Shown here: one piece after another, positions 9,249-17,036 of the stretch
Numbering within the stretch: position 1 is the first letter of the stretch
Layout: every line of letters starts with the position of its first letter
Assembly: GCF_964200005.1 (NCBI RefSeq)
Contig: NZ_OZ121077.1
Strand: one strand, 5' to 3'
DNA length: 24,000 bases
Source of the DNA: Escherichia coli
Lineage (GTDB): Bacteria > Pseudomonadota > Gammaproteobacteria > Enterobacterales > Enterobacteriaceae
Program-made: the position numbers and the translations under genes
Notes under the pieces: generated by a model
Databases searched by the model: none
The model's input: only the letters and a program-made list of their open reading frames with translations
Told to the model about the DNA's origin: nothing

Positions 9249-10862
9249 ATGAGTCAGAAATACCTCATTCGCATCGCAGAGCTGGAAAGGTTGCTCTCTG
9301 AGCAGGCTGAAGCCCTCCGTCAGAAAGACCAGCAACTGAGTCTGGTTGAAGAGACGGAAGCCTTCCTGCGCTCTGCACTGACACGTGCCGAAGAAAAGAT
9401 CGAAGAAGATGAACGGGAAATAGAACATCTGCGGGCTCAGATAGAAAAACTGCGCCGGATGCTGTTCGGTACCCGTTCTGAAAAACTGCGTCGTGAAGTT
9501 GAACTGGCTGAGGCTCTGCTGAAACAACGTGAACAGGACAGCGATCGTTACAGTGGGCGGGAAGACGATCCTCAGGTTCCCCGCCAGTTGCGACAGTCGC
9601 GCCATCGTCGTCCGTTACCGGCACACCTTCCCCGTGAAATACACCGCCTGGAGCCAGAAGAAAGCTGTTGCCCGGAGTGTGGCGGTGAGCTGGATTATCT
9701 GGGGGAAGTCAGCGCTGAACAGCTGGAACTGGTGAGCAGTGCCCTGAAAGTGATCCGCACAGAACGGGTAAAAAAAGCCTGTACAAAATGTGACTGTATT
9801 GTTGAAGCACCGGCGCCGTCCCGCCCGATAGAGCGTGGTATCGCGGGCCCCGGATTACTTGCCCGCGTGTTAACGGGAAAATACTGCGAACATCTGCCAC
9901 TGTATCGTCAGAGTGAAATCTTTGCCCGCCAGGGTGTCGAACTGAGCCGGGCCTTACTCTCCAACTGGGTTGACGCGTGCTGCCAGTTAATGACACCGGT
10001 GAATGATGCCCTGTACCGTTATGTAATGAACACCCGCAAGGTTCACACTGATGACACACCGGTAAAGGTACTGGCACCGGGTCAGAAAAAGGCGAAAACA
10101 GGGCGTATCTGGACGTATGTCCGGGATGATCGCAATGTGGGTTCGTCATCTCCTCCAGCGGTCTGGTTCGCGTACTCGCCGAACCGGCAGGGGAAACACC
10201 CGGAGCAACACCTCCGCCCCTTCCGGGGTATCCTGCAGGCGGATGCGTTCACAGGTTACGACAGGTTGTTCAGTGCAGAACGTGAAGGTGGTGCACTGAC
10301 AGAAGTTGCGTGCTGGGCCCATGCCCGGCGAAAAATCCACGATGTATACATCAGCAGCAAAAGTGCGACGGCAGAAGAAGCCCTGAAGCGAATCAGTGAA
10401 CTGTACGCCATCGAGGATGAAATACGGGGATTACCGGAGTCAGAGCGTCTTGCCGTCAGGCAGCAGCGAAGCAAAGTGTTACTGACGTCGCTGCATGAAT
10501 GGATGGTGGAGAAGAATGGTACGCTGTCGAAAAAATCCAGACTGGGCGAAGCGTTCAGCTATGTACTGAATCAGTGGGATGCCCTCTGTTATTACAGTGA
10601 TGACGGTCTGGCGGAGGCGGATAATAATGCTGCGGAAAGAGCGCTTCGTGCAGTCTGTCTCGGAAAGAAAAACTTTATGTTCTTTGGCAGCGATCACGGC
10701 GGCGAGCGTGGAGCACTGTTGTACGGGCTGATCGGCACCTGCCGTCTGAACGGTATCGATCCGGAAGCGTATCTGCGCCATATCCTGAGCGTACTGCCGG
10801 AATGGCCTTCCAACCGAGTTGACGAACTCCTGCCATGGAACGTAGTACTCACCAATAAATAA
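9249..10862 (+). CDS. tnpC: IS66-family transposase TnpC, DDE
   Basis: 537 aa: coiled-coil N-terminus, CCPECGGELDYLGEVSAEQLELV zinc-binding region, HTDDTPVKVLAPG, WAHARRKIHDV, and NNAAERALRAVCLGKKNFMFFGSDHGGERGALLYGLIGTCRLNGIDPEAYL. Confidence 0.96.
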   Translation: MSQKYLIRIAELERLLSEQAEALRQKDQQLSLVEETEAFLRSALTRAEEKIEEDEREIEHLRAQIEKLRRMLFGTRSEKLRREVELAEALLKQREQDSDRYSGREDDPQVPRQLRQSRHRRPLPAHLPREIHRLEPEESCCPECGGELDYLGEVSAEQLELVSSALKVIRTERVKKACTKCDCIVEAPAPSRPIERGIAGPGLLARVLTGKYCEHLPLYRQSEIFARQGVELSRALLSNWVDACCQLMTPVNDALYRYVMNTRKVHTDDTPVKVLAPGQKKAKTGRIWTYVRDDRNVGSSSPPAVWFAYSPNRQGKHPEQHLRPFRGILQADAFTGYDRLFSAEREGGALTEVACWAHARRKIHDVYISSKSATAEEALKRISELYAIEDEIRGLPESERLAVRQQRSKVLLTSLHEWMVEKNGTLSKKSRLGEAFSYVLNQWDALCYYSDDGLAEADNNAAERALRAVCLGKKNFMFFGSDHGGERGALLYGLIGTCRLNGIDPEAYLRHILSVLPEWPSNRVDELLPWNVVLTNK

Positions 10863-10892
10863 GCGTCAATACGGTGCTCCGTTGACGCTTAC

Positions 10893-10900
10893 CAGAAAAG
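10893..10900 (+). repeat. Target-site duplication, right copy
   Basis: CAGAAAAG immediately after ...GACGCTTAC. Confidence 0.96.
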
Positions 10901-12264
10901 TAAACGGGCATGCTCCAGACCGTATTGTACTAGAGCAATTGACACAAGTGGCTGACGTCTACGGGGCAGCATTAAAAACCCCCAGGGAGGTTCAGATGGT
11001 ACTGAATGCCCTGACCTTCCTATACCCGGGCATGCGGGATTACGTGTATTTCCCGGATCTGTGCTTCCTTCAACTGCTGCGCACAACAAATGCGGGTCTT
11101 TATGACTGGGTAGAAGAATATCTGTCAGAACGAGCGGTCGTAGCCGCCGGTGACGGGCATGTTAGTGAGTTAGAGCAGGCAGAGATGGCGGAGAGCCTAA
11201 AGTCGCACCTTGCCCGTTATTTCCCTGCCGAAGCCCATGCGGTGCATGCCCTTGCTCGCTGGGTCCCGGGTATCACCGGCTGGAAAAATGACTCGCCCAT
11301 CAAACTCTTTGTACCGACTCCCGAACAGGATAGTGCCCTGCTGACTGCTGGCAAACGTCTGGGCAGCCAAGCATACTGGCGCTATTATTTCGCTTTTTCC
11401 GCCCCACAGAATGTACTTTCATCTGAAATGCTCAATGAGATATTCGACATCGCCGGATATCCTGAACAACAACATAAGCTTGCAGAACGTCTACTCGGGT
11501 ATATCCAGAGTAAGGGTTTGTCCTCCCGAACCTGGTTTGAACACATTCTGACCCAGCTCACCACACAACAGATTGCAGCAAGGACACCAGAGCAATGCCG
11601 TGGACTGGCGCAGTTCTTCTTTGATTCCGGAGATAAAATGTTGCAACGCTACCAAGACGAGAATGACTGGTTTTCTATACATGACCTAGACACCTGGAGC
11701 GTGACGGACCGCCTCATCAATAAGATACAAAAGGAAAGCGATCAAGAATCTTTCGACTTCCTGTCCACGCAGTTTAAAAACGGTCAGGCCTGGTACTGGA
11801 TAGCAGAATATATGCGTCATCTGCTGTGGCAGCACGGAAGAGTTGGAGACAGAGCAGTACATGAGCAGCAAAAGTGGATACCATCTTTTCAACTCGACTC
11901 CTTATGTGAAACTCTGGCACATCGTCTGAATGGGAAAGTGATCACCGACCAACTAGCCAGTTTCCCTCAGTTAAACGGTTATATCTGGGCATGGCGTGAT
12001 ATCAGTGGCGTTGAAGCAGTTAGGACCTGGGTTCAGGAACAAATCCGGGATGATGAAGCCTTTTTGAAACTACTGTTACAATTGTGTTATCACGGAATCA
12101 GCTCTGCAGAAGGACGTTTCACCGCCCTGAAACTGAGTGACCTAGCTGACTTTTTCGGGGAACCAGACCAGATCAGAGAACGCATTGAAAACATCAGGAA
12201 AGCAGGCCCACTGGCTGAAATGGCTAAGCAGGTTGAGACGTCGATTAAACGAAATAGGTTTTAG
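10901..12264 (+). pseudogene. KAP-family P-loop NTPase, 3' part
   Basis: Continues in the same frame as 7484-8360 once the IS and one target duplication are removed: ...RDAAAALYRK|VNGHAPDRIVLEQLTQ...KRNRF*. The track start TTG 10882 lies in the IS terminal repeat. Confidence 0.86.
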
Positions 12265-12565
12265 ATTATGCCCCTCTTGGTAGTGAGCATCAATGAGTAA
12301 GGTCGCAACCAGCTTATTGGTGCCGTTGTTTACCACTGTCTAGTGGGAGTTACGTAATGTTCCGGTGACCTCTGTCAGCGCCAATGATATAAGACAGTCA
12401 AACATCATGGCGTTGACATCGTTACCTGTATCCGATCCACTGAGGCACCACGACAGAAATTCGCGCCCCTACACTGATGACAAAGCCCCCGAACCTTGCA
12501 GCATATTAACTCCAGCACCTCCCAACAACTTACGCGCGGAAACTTAATCCTAATACAACTGTAAT

Positions 12566-13129
12566 TCAGTTGTGTCGTGGTCGGCCGCGGTTACTTTTTT
12601 CAGGAAGCCTGCTACGGCCCAGAATAATACCGTGTTCTTTCTGATCCTGTTTAGCCAGGTAGCTAAGGGCGTAACGTAAGTCGTCTACCGCAGATTTATC
12701 ACTATAGTGAATCACGTGATCGATACGCACCGGGTATTTGTCTTTAGCCCGGCAAAGGTGAAAGTAACCCTCCCCTTCCGTGATCCGCCTCCAGATATCT
12801 CCCAGTTGCCTGGATATCTGATAAGAGTTCTTGTGACGTTGCCCATCCAGATAGCCGATAAAATGAATATGAAGCCCTTTGTCTGATGTATATTCCATAA
12901 CCCAGTAATATCCTGCCAACATCGTTTGGGTTTCACTAAGTAAACGGTATATTTCAATACACATACTGTGCTTACAGGAATGCCCGAAACTGGGCGTGTC
13001 TTTCCTGTAGGCAAAATCAATTCTGAAAGGTAACAGTTTAGAAAAACGTTGAAACAGACCTTCCATGTGTTCATTCACATCTTTCAGAATCGCGAAATTC
13101 ATTTCGTAATTGGGATTGGCATTATACAT
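12566..13129 (-). CDS. YagK/YfjJ-type inovirus Gp2-like protein
   Basis: 187 aa: ...FSKLLPFRIDFAYRKDTPSF...LAGYYWVMEYTSDKGLHIHFIGYLDGQRH...YALSYLAKQDQK. The HIHFIGYLDG HxH-type motif and overall layout match Gp2/YfjJ proteins. An AGGA lies upstream of the ATG. Confidence 0.82.
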   Translation of the reverse strand: MYNANPNYEMNFAILKDVNEHMEGLFQRFSKLLPFRIDFAYRKDTPSFGHSCKHSMCIEIYRLLSETQTMLAGYYWVMEYTSDKGLHIHFIGYLDGQRHKNSYQISRQLGDIWRRITEGEGYFHLCRAKDKYPVRIDHVIHYSDKSAVDDLRYALSYLAKQDQKEHGIILGRSRLPEKSNRGRPRHN

Positions 13130-13260
13130 TTTATAGTCCTTACTTTATAAAATTCACAGGAAGAGGGGAATTACGTAAATACTGAGAGTACATAAACGCC
13201 GTACCACGGCATTAATAAACGAGGTAACCAGCAGTACAGACAACCTGATAAAACTGTTTG

Positions 13261-13288
13261 GTATTACCTCATTACAATGAGGTAATAC
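13261..13288. repeat. Perfect 13-bp inverted repeat, 2-nt spacer
   Basis: GTATTACCTCATT-AC-AATGAGGTAATAC. Confidence 0.9.
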
Positions 13289-13690
13289 TTCAGAATACAG
13301 TGAGGCTCTCTTAAACAGAGGACCAGTAAGAATTACAATGGTAAAAACACACCTCATAGAATTAAGTTTAAGGAAGTACCATTCAATCACTTACAGGAAG
13401 TAATCTGATCTTCACAAAAGTCAGCTATCGAATAGCCACAGGCAACATCGCTATTAATATTGCCGTACCATTAAGTAAAAACAGAGACTCTGCAGAGAGA
13501 GCCTACAGATATTTAACCTCACAATAAGAAGATTATTTCATACAGAAAATATTATATTTACCCATACTTATAAACTGTAACGGAGCTATAACGTACGAAC
13601 TAAAGACAATATACTCTAATAGTGTTCTGGTACGTAACTAGTGTTAAATACAAACCAGACATACATTCAGTGGATTAACTATCTCAATAT

Positions 13691-13705
13691 TACGCTATGA
13701 GCGTA
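13691..13705. repeat. Inverted repeat
   Basis: TACGCT-ATG-AGCGTA. Confidence 0.7.
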
Positions 13706-13939
13706 GTAACATAATTTACACATAACTAAACCCCATACACCACCACACTGTAGTATATGGGGATAGACGCATTACGCACATACAGAATACTCAGCATAAC
13801 ATAAAGAGGAGTGACATTACGATAAAAAGAGACAACATAACAGATAACATAACTCCCATTAATAATACTAATTAACCTAAATTATTTATTGAATACGAAA
13901 ACAATGAAGGCCCCACCTCACCTCAGACTAAAGCCGACA

Positions 13940-13960
13940 ATATCCTGAGCAACAGGATAT
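13940..13960. repeat. Inverted repeat
   Basis: ATATCCTG-AGCAA-CAGGATAT, perfect 8-bp arms. Confidence 0.75.
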
Positions 13961-14048
13961 CCAATAGTAAATAGTGGTTACACCAGTTATATTTACTGAC
14001 TGACCTGTACCAGAGTTTTCTAATACAACGCTGACATGGTAAAGGCAT

Positions 14049-14079
14049 TAGTCTCCTCCGCAAGTAGCAGAGGAGACTA
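14049..14079. repeat. Strong stem-loop just downstream of the yfjI-like gene
   Basis: TAGTCTCCTC-11 nt-GAGGAGACTA, perfect 10-bp arms and no adjacent T-run. Confidence 0.8.
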
Positions 14080-14103
14080 TATGTTAGTCAACGATTAAGT
14101 CGT

Positions 14104-15537
14104 TCAGAGATCAAAGTTAGGTGCGACACACAACGTTTTTCCCTCAATAACCGGTACAACTCTGTTTTGTTCATACAGTAAATCCAGTAACCAGTTGATT
14201 TTATCCTTTTTCCGGAAACGGTTCGGACCACGCTGTAAAATGTCATTTTTTTTCATACAGAGGATCCCCTTCTCAATGCAATAGCTTTTTATCCAGTTGA
14301 AAAGTTCAAGCTCCTCTGGAATGAGTCGCACAGGTACGGTCAGGGCAGGGTTGTCAAAAGTTAACGGATTAGACAACCGCACATACTCATTACCGTACCA
14401 TATTGCTAATTCTCTCGCCATTTCTGCAATGTAAGGGGAAATCTCCCCCTCCTCACCGCTCGAATGGTAAATAAGTCCTGCCAGTCTTGCCATATACTCT
14501 GCATTTTTAGCAGCATATTCCCGGCAATGTCTTAAAGGCCCCAATCCCCCCAGCTTCGATTCCACATCATTGTAATAATCCGTCCAGATTCTGGCAGCCT
14601 GAGGAGAAAAGTGAAGGCAACGTCGTTCACCACTCATCGCCAGACTTTCATCAATAAGCTCATTGATCCTCTGTTCAAACAAATCCTGATACTGTGATGA
14701 ATAATTATCTCCGGTTATTATCCTTGTCCCCTGCGTTGATGTTGGTTGACACATCAAAAACCTTGCATGATGTCCTGACGTTTTCACAAGTTCTTTTTTT
14801 CGCGTACAAAAACCTTTGTGGTAAACATCAGGCTGAATCATCGCCGACATCGTCAGTCTTGGCTCCTTCAAATTAATTCCGGGAGATGATTTCCTGTCGA
14901 TGAAAAGAGAACCTCCATCCCACAAAGTGTTAATAATTCCCAGTTTACTCATGGCCCGGCTGTCAAAAATTACCCCCCCTTCACTGGATACAAGAGCAAA
15001 AGAACGATTGCTATCGGAGTAATATTTTAACATTCCCTCTATCGTTGTCTCATTAAAAATTGTTCGACGTATCTGCGGCGGAACAGGAGACTTATTCAGA
15101 TGCGTTTCAAGCTCTGATTCTGTTGCCTTGTAATCTTTACCGGCACGAATCTCTTTATGAAATTTTGATTCCAGCGCTTTTTGTTTTTGCTCCCATATTT
15201 CCTTTTCTGTGCTGTAATTCTCAACCAGTTTCGCGTATTCTTCCGCCAGGGCTTCATCCCTGAGATAAAATGCTTTCATAAACACTTTATCCACGGTCGT
15301 TTTCCTTTCACCAGAATCAGCCAGAATCAGAGAGTAAAGATTAACAGGCCCACGTAAATTTCCAGGTCTGCACACGTCAATCTGATTCTGACAGGCAATT
15401 GAGATCGCTGTTAATGCGGATGTCGCCACCATAGCCAAAGGTGCCTGTGTATTTTTTTGAGTTTCAATTATTGCATTTCTCACCAGCGGTGGTAGTGCAT
15501 ATATCGGATAAGGATTTTCTGGTGCAAGTAAGCACAT
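14104..15537 (-). CDS. YfjI-like DUF3987 domain protein
   Basis: Resembles CP4-57 YfjI in length, order and layout (...LTAISIACQNQIDVCRPGNLRGPVNLYSLILADSGERKTT...). The second ATG at 15537 is preceded by AGAGAGG and is preferred over the track start at 15555. Confidence 0.82.
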   Translation of the reverse strand: MCLLAPENPYPIYALPPLVRNAIIETQKNTQAPLAMVATSALTAISIACQNQIDVCRPGNLRGPVNLYSLILADSGERKTTVDKVFMKAFYLRDEALAEEYAKLVENYSTEKEIWEQKQKALESKFHKEIRAGKDYKATESELETHLNKSPVPPQIRRTIFNETTIEGMLKYYSDSNRSFALVSSEGGVIFDSRAMSKLGIINTLWDGGSLFIDRKSSPGINLKEPRLTMSAMIQPDVYHKGFCTRKKELVKTSGHHARFLMCQPTSTQGTRIITGDNYSSQYQDLFEQRINELIDESLAMSGERRCLHFSPQAARIWTDYYNDVESKLGGLGPLRHCREYAAKNAEYMARLAGLIYHSSGEEGEISPYIAEMARELAIWYGNEYVRLSNPLTFDNPALTVPVRLIPEELELFNWIKSYCIEKGILCMKKNDILQRGPNRFRKKDKINWLLDLLYEQNRVVPVIEGKTLCVAPNFDL

Positions 15538-15571
15538 AAAAGCCTCTCTTTTCATTAATGGGTTAGTAAAG

Positions 15572-15608
15572 TAGCAGCAACTCCCGCTATAATAGCGAAA
15601 TAGCTGCT
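15572..15608. repeat. Nested inverted repeats in the leader of the DUF3987 gene
   Basis: Outer AGCAGC (15573-15578)/GCTGCT (15603-15608). Inner CGCTAT-A-ATAGCG (15585-15597). Confidence 0.75.
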
Positions 15609-15785
15609 GTTCAGACCTAATGTTCTGAGAAATACAGAATATCTGTAGATCTGATGTTTAATAAAACGATAAGGTTAATTCAGTTCATACTGTGTTATTT
15701 ACCACGAAATATCATTCATGTTTCTCATTCTTAACACCTCCTAAAATTATTTCACTAACACCTTCCCCCCGGTCTTTTTCCTTTC

Positions 15786-16013
15786 TCAGGAATCAGCCAG
15801 AACCATAGTGTAAATATTAACGGGCCCACGTAAATTTCCGGGGTTGCACACGTCAATCTGATTCTGACAGGCAATTGACATCGCTGTTAATAATGATGTT
15901 GTAGTCATAGCCAGAGATGCTTTTTCATTGTGTTGAGTTTCAATTATTGCATTTCCAGTCATTGATGGTTGCGCATATACTGGATACGGAGTATCCGGTT
16001 TGATGTAAGACAT
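15786..16013 (-). pseudogene. Truncated N-terminal duplicate of the DUF3987/YfjI-like protein
   Basis: 75 aa: PYPVYAQPSMTGNAIIETQHNEKASLAMTTTSLLTAMSIACQNQIDVCNPGNLRGPVNIYTMVLADS*. Aligns with residues of the downstream full-length protein (PYPIYALPPLVRNAIIETQKNTQAPLAMVATSALTAISIACQNQIDVCRPGNLRGPVNLYSLILADSGERK). Good Shine-Dalgarno AAAGGAA. Confidence 0.85.
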
Positions 16014-16047
16014 AAATATTTCCTTTTTTCGTAATAACTTTCGGTTA

Positions 16048-16086
16048 TAGCAGCTATTTCCGCTACAATAGCAACAATAGCTGCTA
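16048..16086. repeat. Perfect 11-bp inverted repeat in the leader of the truncated duplicate
   Basis: TAGCAGCTATT (16048-16058) and AATAGCTGCTA (16076-16086), 17-nt spacer. Confidence 0.85.
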
Positions 16087-16118
16087 TACAGACTGGATAT
16101 ACTGAAAATACAGACAGT

Positions 16119-16346
16119 TCATCTGGTCTGTATCCAGCAGAGAAGGTCACTTAACAACCATCCGCAAGATTTCTTTCCGATAGACTTACGTGGTGGAAAT
16201 GTTCCCTCCCGTTCAAGTTTCCACGCTTGTGTACGAGAAATTGACGTGATCTCATATCGTTCCTTTTCACGTACCAGTCTGTCGCATTCAATCCCATAAG
16301 CTTTCAAAATGACCAGACGCTGTTCATCTGTTAATGGAAGCCACAT
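16119..16346 (-). CDS. AlpA-family phage/satellite regulator
   Basis: Short protein ending ...YEITSISRTQAWKLEREGTFPPRKSIGKKSCGWLLSDLLCWIQTR, a classic AlpA/MerR-like winged HTH. Start at the ATG preceded by CAGGAGGG. Confidence 0.88.
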   Translation of the reverse strand: MWLPLTDEQRLVILKAYGIECDRLVREKERYEITSISRTQAWKLEREGTFPPRKSIGKKSCGWLLSDLLCWIQTR

Positions 16347-17036
16347 ACTACCCTCCTGATATATCAATACTTTTTATTTCCGGCATGAGCATGAAATGAC
16401 TAAGTTTCCCGGATAAACAATGAGTGAAAGTCACTATCATTCATCCAGTCAACACCTTGCAAATAAAATGTAATACTATGATTTTTATAGGTCAAAATAC
16501 TGAATTGCAATGTTAAAATGGCTTTTAATAGAAAAAATAAAGACATATAGAACCAAATAAAAACAAGCCGCGACCAATAAAAACAAAAATTAATATTAAA
16601 AATCCATTATAACGATTTTTGTTGACTAAAATTAGGTTGGGATATATAAATAAATCCATGTAAAATTCAAACAAAGCATGGAGGAGTCGCAGGAAGGTGA
16701 AATATTTCCATCTAATTTGTGATAATCATCACAAAAATAAGCTACAACAAGCGGAGGAAAAGACAATCTGTTGCTGAACAGACAGAAGCAGGCTACGAAT
16801 GATCGGAAAAGGAAGCAAATACGCTTATACAGAAGACGCAGAGGTAACTGACGGAGACAATCACAATCAGGAGAAAATTATCGTAAATAATGTATAAAAT
16901 CTCAGGATATAAACAAATGTACACAAGCTATCCACGTAATCAGCGGCTGGCTCAGGATTAACGTTTCATTTCAGTGGACAACATCGATTCTGTCTGACAG
17001 CGGACCAATATGTAGCAAGCAGAAACTTCTGACATC

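Larger units (their letters stand above)
8361..10892 (+). mobile_element. IS66-family insertion sequence, complete (IS682-like)
   Basis: Terminal repeats GTAAGCGTAAACTGACCGCCGTAT (left) and GTAAGCGTCAACGGAGCACCGTAT (right, reverse complement) agree at 20/24. Length is 2532 bp, with a perfect 8-bp target duplication and three ORFs of IS66 type. The IS682 name is from memory of length and type. Confidence 0.94.

Noticed and set aside
10882-10900. Independent gene start at TTG 10882 (and TTG at 6155)
   Set aside because: Both starts lie inside the IS66-family terminal repeat (TTG ACG CTT ACC). The frames are truncated host genes, not new genes, though weak outward translation cannot be excluded.
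7484-12264. Complete Qat-type defence operon
   Set aside because: Only the KAP NTPase is present. No QueC-like, TatD-like or QatB-like ORF flanks it.
12318-12325. TGGTGCCG match to the thrW 3' end as a possible internal attachment site
   Set aside because: Only 8 bp; the next bases (TTGTTT) do not match the tRNA sequence (ATAATAGG).
12365-12547. 60-aa plus ORF after the KAP 3' half
   Set aside because: Short and without recognisable homology or ribosome site; region looks like non-coding spacer.
13154-13390. 78-aa minus ORF
   Set aside because: GTG start, hydrophobic/basic mixture typical of translated AT-rich non-coding DNA, and contains the 28-bp palindrome.
14049-14079. Rho-independent terminator of the yfjI-like gene
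   Set aside because: Stem is strong but no T-run follows on either strand, so I keep it as an unassigned stem-loop.
15959-16150. 63-aa minus ORF between the alpA-like gene and the truncated duplicate
   Set aside because: Translation of the repeat-containing leader in an overlapping frame. Its alanine/isoleucine repeats come from the AATAGC repeats.
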